Part shown: one piece after another, positions 50,810-64,000 of the stretch
How positions within the stretch are numbered: position 1 is the stretch's first letter
Layout: each line of letters opens with the position of its first letter
DNA from: Eledone cirrhosa
Taxonomy: Eukaryota
Length of the DNA: 64,000 nt
Reading direction: 5' to 3'
Assembly: GCA_964016885.1 (NCBI GenBank)
Contig: OZ024743.1
Coordinates: forward strand, 296,918,001 to 296,982,000
Made by a program: the position numbers and the translations under genes
Notes under the pieces: generated by a model
Databases searched by the model: none
The model's input: the letters and a program-made list of their open reading frames with translations, nothing else
Told to the model about the DNA's origin: nothing

Positions 50810-51677
50810 GTATTTATTTGTGTATATATGTGTGTGTGTATATATATATAGTCATGCACACACATACATACTTGCAATCATATAGAAATTCAATCACTCG
50901 CATATATACAAAATCTTTAATTTTCAACATGAAATAATGAGAGTGAGACATCAACCTGATACTAGCCTTTGCACTTTTTTAAGAAAAATAACCTGGACCA
51001 CTGGAAACATCTGTATTAACTATATTCAATACAGATTTAACTTTATATAGCAAAACAACAACAGTAATAACAACAACAATGATTGCTGCAGATATTCTTT
51101 CTGTTAACACCCCACCTTTTTCGTTTAAAAAAAAAAAAAAAATCTGAATTTTTTTAACTTCACAATCATTGTTATTTTAAAAAAAATTTATTATATTTTT
51201 TGGGGTTTTAACATCAATGAAGAAATTACATTTTTTCCTTTGTTTTAAAAACAACAAATAATCGACTTCATCTTAAAATTCTACAATATAATAAATTTTT
51301 TACTCATGAATAATTTACCCTGCAGTCGTCACCACCCATTGTGAACAAATTTAATTTAACATTGAGAGATCACTATACAAACATACTCATACACACACAT
51401 ATACATAAACACACATGCAAACACACATATATAATATATATTATCCATAGTCCACAGAATTTTTTTTTTAAGAGACTGTCACTCAAAAACTGAATTCAAT
51501 ACTTGAGTGCAGAGTGTATATTTTAATTCATTATATAATGTTTACTTTACATTTGTATAAGTATTTCAATATTTTGGTATTTCTTCGTAGTTGCTTTGAA
51601 AATATATCTATGTATTGAAACACTTGTACAAATGTAATGCAAATATGACACAATAAATAAATAAATAAATATATATA

Positions 51678-52000
51678 TATATTGTTATACTTTGGGAGGG
51701 TCATGTTGCCAATAAGAAACACACGCACCAGTTGCTTTCACTTCAATTTAATTTATTAAATATTTATAAATTTACAAATTTATAAATTTCTGGTTGGTTG
51801 GTTGGTTCCACAACCAGATAGTTGTTTATATATATATATATATAAACAACTAAACAACTATCTGGTTGTGGAACCAACCAACCAACCAGAAATTTATAAA
51901 TTTGTAAATTTATAAATATTTAATAAATTAAATTGAAGTGAAAGCAACTGGTGCGTGTGTTTCTTATTGGCAACATGACCCTCCCAAAGTATAACAATAT
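51678..52000. repeat. Inverted repeat, ~150-bp identical arms around (TA)n
   Basis: ttgttatactttgggagggtc...ccagatagttgttta / taaacaactatctgg...gaccctcccaaagtataacaa. Confidence 0.92.
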
Positions 52001-52054
52001 CGGTTTCAACACACGATTTCAGATAAAGAATCTTGCTAAACAAATTCTGAAACG

Positions 52055-52123
<69 letters not shown>

Positions 52124-52159
52124 CATACATATATAAATAGGAAAAGCCGTTTCAACGGC

Positions 52160-52190
<31 letters not shown>

Positions 52191-52909
52191 CATGTGTATA
52201 TATAAGTATATATATATATATATATGCATATGAATAAATAAATATATATATGTATATATAAATATGTGTGTGTTTGTGCGTGATTGTGTGTGTGTGTATG
52301 AGACTGTGTGTTTTCCTATAGTTAGAAAAAACAGAAAAAAAAAAATCATCCTAATTTTAAAAAATGATCTAGTAATCTTTTATTATTTTTCTTTTTTTTT
52401 AACATATTTTCAAAATGTTATTGTTAACAGTTGATATCTGAAAACATTACTTTTTTCCATTGGAAAACAAAAATGACATTTTTTAAAAACTGGGTGTGAA
52501 TTCTTGACTGTAATCCCAGCAAATTTCTATTGTCAAGGAAACTATAACATTTTTATTGTTATTTTTATTAAATATTTTTTTTTCGGTTTTCCACATAATT
52601 AAAAGAAGCAATTTATAAAGAGTGGGTGGTAAAATCGCCTCAAACAAAACTACACTACAGACTGATACCATAAGACATTTCATTATATATATATATATAT
52701 ACCCACCACCCACACACACGTGCACATGCACACGCACATATATATATTGATATGATATATATATATACATATATATATATATGTGTGTCTCACAAATATT
52801 TTAGTAATTGTTTGAGATTTGTCATCCGATGATTGCTAAGCATTAGCAAAGCATGAATTTTGAAGTTACAATGTATCATCAATAACGGATTATATCATAT
52901 TATACATAT

Positions 52910-52917
52910 ATGCAAAC

Positions 52918-52965
<48 letters not shown>

Positions 52966-52991
52966 ATATACATATATATGTATACATACAT

Positions 52992-53058
<67 letters not shown>

Positions 53059-53095
53059 TATATATATATATATACATTTATCCATATATTTATAT

Positions 53096-53143
<48 letters not shown>

Positions 53144-53187
53144 AGTGCTATTAAGTTAGACATGGCCTGGGTCAATATTGGCGGAAA

Positions 53188-53245
<58 letters not shown>

Positions 53246-53287
53246 CTTACGGTATACATATATATATGTATATATATATCATATATA

Positions 53288-53319
<32 letters not shown>

Positions 53320-53320
53320 C
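52910..53320. repeat. Compound (TA)n microsatellite
   Basis: Directly visible; source of the IYIYIY pseudo-ORFs. Confidence 0.95.
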
Positions 53321-53873
53321 GTAGAAACATTTTTTTCGTTTACTAATCCCATTAAATGGCCTTTAAAATGAAGAGAAAAAATGTTGATTGGGTCAGCTTG
53401 TGTATGAAGATTTTTCTCAAACCTTCTGTTTAGATTCTTTTCAAACTATTGAGCTTCATCTATACAAGGAATGAGTGTCTCATCTACAAATAGGACCACC
53501 TTCTTTTAACTAATACCTAATGAAAATGTATTAGTAATGAAAATATATTTTATAGTTGTTTTTACTATTGATATTTTATTTTTTATTTTGTTGTGTTTTT
53601 GGTGTTTTTTGTTTTCAATTTTATAAGGAAAAAATGTCACTTCCATAATGTCATATGAAAAACTATATTTCTGATCACAAACTCTTTTCATGCACATTAC
53701 CATTACACCTATGAAATTAGAATGAAATAGAGTGACCTGCATTTTTTTTAATATGATAAATTCACAATGTTTACTTCTTAAAATATTGCTCTAGGAAACA
53801 GTCAATTGAATTTATGTTCATATGTCCATCCATATGTTAATAATTGCTTTTGTGCTAATAAAAAATCCATAAT

Positions 53874-53921
<48 letters not shown>

Positions 53922-56900
53922 ATTAATAGTGACTATTTACTTTGAAGTTTTGCCTGAGACACTGGCTTCTGAAAAGTCTATTTTGAGAAATTGGTAGTTT
54001 TGGTGAAACTTCAAACTAAACAATCACAATTAATATTAAATATTATTTTTTCCCTATAAACAATATATGAGTCTCTCTTTCATTGCACATTTCGTGTATT
54101 TATTACACACACCTATAAACCAATCATATATATATATATATATATCATTGTTTGTGAATTAATATCCAAGGTAAAAGTCATACATGGAACAACAGGACAA
54201 ACACAGTGGACGGTGATGTGAATATAGCTTTAAATGTTGGGTAAGGAGTACATCCTGATTTCTGAGTTTATTTTACTTTACATAATAAGGTAGTGCTTGG
54301 TACACACCATTGTCACAAAGAATATATAAGCATACATAGTTGCTTGAATAAAGAGACAACCTTGTTTATATATAGCTTACAAAGGAGTTGCATGAACAAC
54401 TCTCAGCTCATACAGCTTATGCATGTTCTGTATCTTTGTCTTAAAGGAATTGAATGCATGAAGGAATAAATCTAGAAATAAATCTTTAAAAACATTTGAA
54501 GGTAATAAATTTTCAGTTATCTCTCTTTCAAAATCATGATTCTCTCAAGATCTGCTAAATGTATCTGTTTGCAAGCAAATGTATATGTATAAAGCAATAA
54601 AGCCATGTGTATAATAAAAATACATACAATAATTTGTATGTATTTATAAACTTCTCTGTATATATAAATGTATGTATAAAACTCTAGATATGTGTGCATG
54701 TAAGTATGGTTATATATAAACATAAATGCATAAATACATATGTAAAATTATCTACATCTCTATATATGTGTGAGAGCATGAGTGTGTGTCCATTTGTATG
54801 AGTGAATATATAACTATATAAATTTATATGGATATGTATACATTGTTTGTGTATGTATGTGCATAGTAAACCCATGTACACATAAATGTGTAAGAAAGCA
54901 ATATCTAAAGTCAGACAATTCTAAAATGTTTTTAGATTAGATGTAAGGAAGAAGAGTGTCATAGGAGAATGCAACTTTCAGTTTGTATTCAAACACCTGA
55001 TTTTAGTGATATAGAATCTAAACGGTTTAAGAATTCAACCAATCAAAACTAACTTGAATATCAAAAATCTTTTAGATAATCATAGAAATAAAATAAAATG
55101 TAGTTTTGATAGTGAGTTTTAATTGAGGCAATTTTTCAGATAACAGAGTGAATGAGATGGAAATAACACACAACTTTTTAGAATGTCCTTATGAATGATT
55201 CCAGTTTGTTTTTTAATAAACTGAATATTTTAACAGATTTTGAAGAAATTAAGAAACAAGTAATATTTTAAGTAATTTCAAGAACTTTTAATGAGTTATT
55301 TTTTTGCTATGTATGGGAGTATTTGTTTTAGGTATAATTGTTTGAATAGTTTTATAAACAATATCTGTACAATATCAGGGGAATCAAATAGGTGAATTAT
55401 CTTTCCAATAACAAAGTCTCGGAGAAAGCAGTACTGTAAAGAATTGAGCTATGCAATGATTAGGCACTTCACTGAGTCTGCTGCAATTTTTGTATGAGGA
55501 GCTCTCTGTGTGCAAGCTTGACAGATGAACCTTTGGAAAAACATGACAAGGATCAGCTGAAGTAATGGTTCACAGTGATTAGCATTCTTCCTAGATTCAG
55601 ATAAGCATAGCTGACTCTGGACAAGGTCAGCTTAGTCTGGAGAAGACCGACTTGAGAGCAGTAACTAGATGTGAAGTTATCACTTTTAAAATGGCCAGAA
55701 TAAAAACAATGCTTAACATGAAAAGATGAGAGGAAAGTAAAGGTATTCCATGTTTCTCTTCAGAGAATCCAAGAATTAGTCTCTACAGCAACTGGAAAGT
55801 TTGTCATCAATCCTTGTTTGAAAAAGATTTATCAACATTATCATCATCATTAATTTACTTATAATTTCAATTATTATCTATATTTAATTGTTATCATTGT
55901 CATTATGCTTTCAAAGTCCTAATTAGTTATATGATATAGAATTTGTTACATTCATTTATATCTTAAACTGGAATCATTTAGACATACTTCTTCAGGAACC
56001 ACACAAAAGGTATTTCAAAATGAATTTTTGAAATTTGTTAAAATCATAGTTTAGACCAATACCTACTTGATTTGTTTATTTTCAAGTCATTGAGCTTGGT
56101 TTTAGTTACTAAAAACATCCATGATGGATTAACAATGGCAAAGATATTAAGTCTAATATATAATGATTGTTTAATTTCAACATTTTCATAATCTTTTAAA
56201 ATAATTGATCATTCAAATTAAAAAAAAAAGTCATCAGAGATCAAGGTGAAACAGTTTGTACCTGTTGGCTGAGATCATGAAAGATAACTCAATTTTACCT
56301 AACATAATACCATATATATTCTTATATAGATAAGTAACATTCTGCATTTTCCAGTGTATAAGACACACATATTTTACCTTTAAATTTGATGTCAAAATAT
56401 GCTTGCCTCTTATTAACCAAATGCAAATCTTAAATATTACTATAACTCCTTCTTAAACCGCTTTTTTTCTTCAAATAATGGTACATCTCATATGCTGCTA
56501 TGTCTTATATCCCCCCAAATATAAGGACTTTATCATATGTACAAATAATATTCTATTGAAAAAAGTTATAATACTTACCAGATATAAATTATTAAATAAA
56601 AAAATACCATGAATATAATATCAGTTAATATAATATCATAACCCCCCAAAACAAACCTAATTAAAAATAAAACAAAAACAAAGCAATATCATAGAAGAGG
56701 TTTAGTAGAAAACTAATATCATTTGATATTTAACATATCACACTCAAGTCAAACAGATTATTGCATGTTAAAATAAAACACCATTCAATAAATGATATAT
56801 CTCAGAGACAAAGAGAACAAAAAAGAAATTATAGTCAAAACAGAAATATTGGTGTTATGAGCAACAATTGGTGGCAAGATGGCCGAGCAGTTTCACTGAA

Positions 56901-57353
56901 CAAAATGAATGAAAAAGATGTTCACTTGAGATCTGATTAACTGGTTTAGGATAGATAGATGGTTAATATGACACACAGAGGGAAAAAACAAAAACAAAGA
57001 ACAAAGCAGGAGAAAAACAATAAAAGCAAAGAATTTTTTATTTTTTTTATAGATATTTCATTATTGTAAAATAGCTAAATATTATTCCTGATATTCAAAT
57101 GTATGTATGTATGTATATATATATATATATTTGGCAAATTTTTGTGTGCTAAACTAGGAGGATATTGGCTGTTTCAATTGATGAAATTGTGAGTACTTTA
57201 ACGTTTTCATACAATAGTTATACTGTCTTCTTAGCTCAGGCTTCTGGCTGGGAATGTTGTCATACAATTAATCCTATGTGTGTGTTCCAAATGAATTTGT
57301 TGAGCAAATTATAAACTACAAAATCGAAATCACTGGATATAAATCTAAACCCC

Positions 57354-57439
<86 letters not shown>

Positions 57440-57499
57440 AATGAATGCAGGTTTAGGAGCTAGTTGAAGAGAATCGGTACAGCTTCAGTCGTCTTTTAT

Positions 57500-57510
57500 T
57501 CACACACACA

Positions 57511-57583
<73 letters not shown>

Positions 57584-57605
57584 GCACGCGCGCGCGCACA
57601 CACAC

Positions 57606-57651
<46 letters not shown>

Positions 57652-57696
57652 GCACGCACGCACACCCCCACCCACACACACACTCACACGCACGCA

Positions 57697-57750
<54 letters not shown>
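57500..57750. repeat. Compound (CA)n/(CG)n microsatellite
   Basis: Directly visible. Confidence 0.95.
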
Positions 57751-57752
<2 letters not shown>

Positions 57753-58124
57753 CCAGGATCATCATCATTTAACGTTCATTTCCCCTACTAAGAAGGGTTG
57801 GTTCCATTGTCTTTTTCCTGTGTATCCCCTTTTTTGAATTTATATTCCTTAGTCTTAGTCATTTGGGCTTCTGCCTATTCCCAGTTTCACTTTTCATTGC
57901 TGGTAAGCAACTGAGTGACAAGAATCCCTCCTTCCTGGACAGGACACTGTCCATCAGGAGGTTAACCCCCAGTGTACTGGAAAAAGATGAAGTGAAGTGA
58001 TTTGTAGAAGAACACAACACACCACCTGGCTTAGGAATCCACCCTGTGACATTATGATCATAAGTCCACCATCTTAACCATTAGGCCATGCACCTCCCCC
58101 CATGCACATACACACAGACATGTA

Positions 58125-58164
<40 letters not shown>

Positions 58165-58430
58165 CACATCATCCTCATCATCATCTTTATTTTTACTTTT
58201 AGAGTCAGATGTCCTTCTTGATGTCAAAACATACTTTATCTTAAGTATGGTGTATACTGCTCATCTTCATCAAACTGCTACCCGATGGGATGTATTGTTT
58301 ATGCAGATCCTAAAGAAACATCACTACTTTCTTTTTAAATGGTGTTGATACGATGATGTTTGAAGTGACTGTACACAGACACACTCACACATACTTAACA
58401 ACAACGATGATGATGATGATGATGATGATG

Positions 58431-58464
<34 letters not shown>

Positions 58465-58784
58465 ATATATATACCACGATAAATTAATGGAGCCATAGAC
58501 TCTCGCCATTCCCTGTAAATAATGTGCTCAAAGGAGAGGAAATCCTGAGCTCTTTGTATATATATATATCAGGATATATATATATATATACAATGAGTTT
58601 CCTTATAGTTCTCCGATAGCAAATTCACTCGCACTGAATAAGTCAAACAGAGGCATTAATAGCAGACAGTTTCCCAAGGTACAATGCTGTACATTTGAAC
58701 CTCATAGTTCCAAAGCAAACTTCTTAACCACACAGCTATGCCTGAGAGAGAAAGAGGGTATCATAAATCGAATGTGTTTACACA

Positions 58785-58822
<38 letters not shown>

Positions 58823-59008
58823 GGCGGAGGATAGGCAGTATCGGTAGAGGGTCGGACACTATGCTTTGATGCATAGAGTTACGCCCCTTGCCATTCTGAG
58901 TTCAAATCGCACCAAGGTTAACTTTGCCTTTCATCCTTATGGGGTCAATAAAATAAAGTACCAGTAATGTACTGGGTATTTGCTGACCTTGTGCCAAAAG
59001 TAGAAACA

Positions 59009-59053
<45 letters not shown>
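58823..59053 (+). mobile_element. SINE family A within (ATT)n
   Basis: Full head, B box at ~58898, central box, (ATT)n tail. Confidence 0.85.
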
Positions 59054-59054
<1 letters not shown>

Positions 59055-59349
59055 GTAGTAGTAGTAGTAATAATAGTAGTAGCAGTTGTAGTAGTAGTAG
59101 TAGTTGTAGTAGTAGTTACTATAATAACAGCTTGGCTAAGGACACATAGAATAATTATAGTTTATGATGTTCAGTTCTTAGAGCCAAGATTCTGGTATTT
59201 ATCCACTTAACCACTGTATTCTATTAACAACAGCAACAAAAATAACAAAAACAATGTCAACAGCAACAACAACACAAATAGCAATAGTAACAACAACAGC
59301 AGCAGCAGTGACAATGTTAAATGATCACAATGCTAAACAACCTTATATT

Positions 59350-60660
59350 AATTAAAGCAAGTAGAAGAAATTAGAAACCAGCTAAAGGAAAATTTATCAA
59401 AGGTAATTTAAAGAAATAAAAAATTACCAATTTGCAATAAGAAAAACTGAATAGAGTGAAGGAGATTCAACAGAAACTGTGAAGGTTGAAAAATAGACTA
59501 AAAGTGGTGTTACAAAAAAGCTATGATAAAGGTGACATGGGAAACTTGCAGCCTTGCTAGAGAGGTACATGATTCAAAGACGAGGCAGAAGGATTCTTGA
59601 TAGCAACATCACAAATCCTCACAAAATAGACTAAAACAAGGCAGAATATAGTAAATAATTGTGGAGATAGGGAAAAAACAATTAACCCATAGTCTTTGGC
59701 TGTCTAGTCTTAGCTAAGAAATTAAACATTTACAACCATTATAAATTAAAAGGTTTACATACACTGGAAGCTACATCAGCATTCTAAAATGCCAACAGAA
59801 AAGAGATGGTATAGGCATACACCAGAAAGTGTTTCAGAAAATGATAAAGCAACCAGTCTGGAATATGCCAATACACACTGGTAGGAAGATTAAGGCTAAC
59901 TGAACAGATATTGTTGTCAAAAATGACCAAAAGAAATTTGGGTAATGACTGAAAGAATATGATCACAAATACAAGTGGCTGAAATGGGGTTGTTCTGAAG
60001 GGTCTGCATAGCTTGGAGATCAGAGAGTTACTCCAGGTAGAGTTGCTATTTCTCCAAATTGAGGGATAACAGCTCCAATATTATGGACATGTGGCTAGAA
60101 TGTTCCAGGAAAGGATTGCTGGATAGATTCTACAGGCAAAGCCAACTGGTAGGAGACCCAGAGTAGACCGAGTAAGATGGTTGGATAATATCTATGAATT
60201 CAGCTGGTATTCCTTGGGAATTCAGCTGAATCAATTGGAGATGTTGGAAGGCATGTTTGAGGACTCTGCTCCCACAACACTCCTAGGAATAAGTGGCCAA
60301 AGAAGAAGAAGAAGAAGATAGAAGATTTGTCACCTAATCAACAGATCATTCTCAACAGATGATTATGTATCTCTGAAAGAAATGGAGAAATAATCCAAAT
60401 AAAATCTTGAAACAGAATTAGGTTAATTGTGTGGGTTGTAAACAGAAACAATCCCTATAATTATAGGTGGGAATGATACAAAAATAAACAAAAACCACAG
60501 ACAAATACATAATCAAGCCTGAGGTCTTAAAAATATGTTTAACATGTAGCAAAAAGCACAGCTAGGCATTTTACATATATTACATTGAGAACTTTTAATG
60601 CAATAGAAACAGCAAAACCAAAACAAAGCACTGCACTTAACCAAGGCACACAGTGAAAGC
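59350..60660 (+). pseudogene. Decayed R4/Dong-like (restriction-like endonuclease) non-LTR remnant, split by an RTE-like fragment
   Basis: Frameshifted EAEGFLIA, IHWKL, WYRHTPESVSENDKAT, IHTGRKIKAN..DIVV and TETIPIIIG segments; recognised from memory of R4-clade C-termini. Confidence 0.6.
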
Positions 60661-60878
60661 ACGCAATAAAAATATAACTATTTAATAATAATAATAATAA
60701 TAATAATGTTTCTACTTTTGGCACAAGGCCAGAAATTACCCCAGTGCATTACCAGTGCTTTATTTTAATAATAATAATGGTTTCTGATTTAGGCACAAGG
60801 CCAACAATTTTGGGGAGAGGAAAGCCGATTAAAGAGACCCCAGTACGTTACTGGTGCTTTATTTTATCGACCCCGTAA

Positions 60879-60940
<62 letters not shown>

Positions 60941-63009
60941 GAACAACAGCAACAATAATAATAATGGGGATATTAGTAATAATAATTGTTTCTACTTAGG
61001 TACAATGCCATAATTTTGGTGGTGGGATGGGGTGAGTACAATAGATTACATCAACTGCAGTGCTTGATTGGTTCTTATTTTATCAACCCAAAACAATATA
61101 TACAATAACAACAACTGTATTAAAAATGATAATAATCATAACAATAACTAGGGCAACAATAAACTTGGTAATAATGTTAACATACTGGTTGGTTTTTAGA
61201 TTGAATATAAAAAGCTAATGGCCATCTAGCTATAAAAGGTATTTTTTAAATATTCATTTAACAATTTGAAAATCAAAAATCTTTCCTCAAGAAGATGAAA
61301 TAAAGAGTAAAAATGTTGAAATATTTGATCTGCTTATGTTAAATATAAACAATCAATATCAGAACAGTTAGATTTTCATGTGGACATCACTATTGTTTGG
61401 TTAGATACTATGTAAAATGTTCAGTAGTTGGTGATATTTTAGATGAGTGGAATTATGGTTTGAATTTGAAGCTGTATGTTGTATATGTATGAATATGTCT
61501 ATGTAAGTGTATGAAAATCAAGGATGTTATATGCCTATGTATGTAGATGAATTATGTGTTTGTATGTGTCTATGTATGCATATGTATCTGTCTATGTATG
61601 CATATGTATCTGTCTGTATGAAAATGCTTATTATTATGCCTATGTCGGTGTGTGGATGAATTATGTGTTTGTATGTGTCTATGTATCTGTCTATGTATGC
61701 ATATGTATCTGTCTATGTATGAAAATGCATATAATTATGCTTATATATTATTATTTGTATGCATGTTTTTCTTAGAGATTTATTTAGGTTTGTCTTTGCA
61801 GAATTCATGCTGGTAACTAACAAAGTAACAAGTCATTTTAATTGGCAGAGTTGATAAAACATTGGACAAATATTTATCAGTATTTGTTCCAGTACTTTAT
61901 TTTCTGATTAAGCCTTTCCTGGCCATACTTCCAATGATTTTAATTATTTTTGAAAACAATCGAGGATGTAATGACATTTAGAAATATAACTTAGTTATCA
62001 TTAATTTTGTGTTTAGAAAATAACAAAATACTCATACATAAAATTGGTATTGAAAAGGTTGAATAATAATTTCATCTCTTTGGATATCAAATAGAAAATT
62101 ACCTCACCCCAACACAAAAAAATAAAAAGAAAGGAAACAGTTGAAAAAAAAACAATAAATTTAAGATTGCTGAATGTATAATCTATAATGGTAGCTGACT
62201 CACTTCACAAATACTCTTTTAGCATTTATTAAATCAATGTGAAATGTGTGGTTTAGTGGTCAGGGTTTTGGGCTTACAGCTGTAATGTTATGGGTTTGAT
62301 TTCTGGACCAAATGGCGTGTTGTGTTCTTGAGCAAGACATTTCATTTCATGTGATTCCATTCCATTCAGATGACAATATGAGTATTGGCAGCATCCTATC
62401 TTAGAGTGAATCTTGTACTTTGATTTGCTTAATGCTAGTAAAACTGGGATAATTTCTGGCCTGATGAGGTCTTGGGCTTGGAAAAAAAAAACTTTAACTA
62501 TAAACAATCAATGCCTTTGTTGAACATAACACTCTAGTAGAGATTAAATTACATTTTGCAGAATATATTTTGCAGAATGCATCATGTTTGTAAAATTTAA
62601 GTTACTTTTTGTAGAATGTAACACTTTTGTAGAGTTTAAATTACTTTTTGTAGAATTTATTTTGTAGAATATATTTTCCAGATCATAGTAACATTTGAAG
62701 ATTAATGTATATCATAATTGTTTGCTGGATTAGTGGATATAATAAATATTTGTGGTACTGAACATATTAGTTCTGAGTTATTGAATCTCATGTATAATAT
62801 ATTACTGAATATTGCAACTACTGTATAGATCCATGGGTAGAGTTTAAATCTAGAGGAGTGAGTATGGCAATATTTTTCCTGAGTTATGGAACATAGTGTT
62901 CTTTGGATTACTGAACATGTAATATTTTGTAAATTTTGTAGGGTATGAAAGGATTTCTAGCATTACTGAGTGATGACCTCAATGGTTACAGTTGCTAATG
63001 GAATATTCT

Positions 63010-63226
63010 GTAACATTATTGCTTGTGTAACATTATTGATTGTGTAACATTATTGCTCATGTAACATTATTGTTTGTATAACATTATTACTTGTGTAACA
63101 TTACTGTTTGTGTAACATTACTGATTGTGTAACATTATTGCTCATGTAACATTATTGCTCATGTAGCATTATTGCTAATGTAACATTACTTCTTGTGTAA
63201 CATTACTGATTGTGTAACATTATTGC
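63010..63226. repeat. 17-bp minisatellite (TAACATTATTGCTTGTG), ~13 units
   Basis: Contiguous tandem units without spacers. Confidence 0.9.
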
Positions 63227-64000
63227 ATTGATTAAATAAAAACATTAGCAAATGGAGTTCCATCAGTTTCAATGATGAGTGTTTCAGTTGTCCAATCAAC
63301 AGAATGGTCTACTCATTAAATTAGCATATAAGTGGCTGAGTATTCCATAGATATGTTTTCCCTTAATATGGTTCTAATAGAGATTCCCCATGACATGGTG
63401 AGACAAAGCAGACCTTTTGAATTACAGATACAGTCCATCTAATGAGCTTCTAAATAGTTTTCATCAACCCAATTTCACTCATAAGGCTTGGGTTATCCCA
63501 AGGCTATGATAAAAGATATTTGTCAATATGCTATTTTCAGAAGAGTTTCACATATCTTTCTATGCAATGACAAGATAAAAGCAGTTTTGAATTTCTTAAT
63601 AAGTTACTTAATCATTTATAAATCGAGAAAAACATGAGTTTTTCTAATCATTTCTGAAATAATAATTTTTACGTGGCTTAGTGATTAGGGTGTTGGGATC
63701 ATGAATATAATCTTGTGGGTTCGATTTTCTTATGACTCAGTATCTTTGAGCTTCATTTTACATTGTTCCAGTTCACTTGGTTGAAAATGAGGACCAGTAG
63801 CTGGAGATGACCGTTGCCTTGTATGTCAAATAACAATCAGATTGTTAAAGAAAGAAGATCCATACCTCCAAGTATAAAAAAAATAGCCCTCAAGAAAAGA
63901 CGTATAAAACACACCAAGGGAGCTTAAAAAAAAAGGACTGGCATCTTGTCGAGCTGGGAGTCCTGTATTCTCAGTTATTTATTGCCCTTGAAGCAGGGAT

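Noticed and set aside
52860-53371. Long IYIYIY ORFs, and HTHT/CVCV ORFs at 26.9-27.3 and 57.5 kb
   Set aside because: Dinucleotide microsatellites that lack stop codons
56872-56893. TGGCAAGATGGCCGAGCAG, resembling miR-31 or a tRNA-Leu 5' end
   Set aside because: Only the first ~10 nt match; no pre-miRNA hairpin or cloverleaf visible
58823-58915. A/B-box sequences as tRNA genes
   Set aside because: They continue into a shared SINE body and ATT tail in many copies; no full cloverleaf
63010-63226. Regular short repeats resembling a CRISPR array
   Set aside because: Contiguous 17-bp units with no unique spacers, eukaryotic context, no cas genes

Overview
AT-rich, microsatellite-dense animal genomic DNA. 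The repeat content is cephalopod/octopus-like, but that assignment is inference. The one well-supported host gene is the 3' half of an ELAPOR1/2-family gene (KIAA1324/KIAA1324L, UPF0577) on the + strand: 12 phase-consistent GT-AG exons from 4988 to 41444 give 493 aa (Cys-rich repeat, MRH-like luminal region, TM helix, cytosolic tail). Its introns hold several RTE-clade LINEs, one with ~1000 uninterrupted codons; every copy that spans the region has a PHD finger inside the RT C-terminal part. They also hold a Neptune-type Penelope-like element (PLE) in head-to-head inverted form, a solo LTR, non-autonomous Helitrons, TTAA MITEs and tRNA-derived SINEs; a TA MITE and an R4-like remnant lie downstream of the gene. 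The most striking pattern is four consecutive fold-back palindromes separated by (TA)n at 12.3-19.1 kb. Three of them carry a type I hammerhead-ribozyme fold near the outer end, and further hammerhead-bearing short repeats lie at 10.2, 19.3 and 42.4 kb. All alignments and folds were made by eye; no database search was possible.
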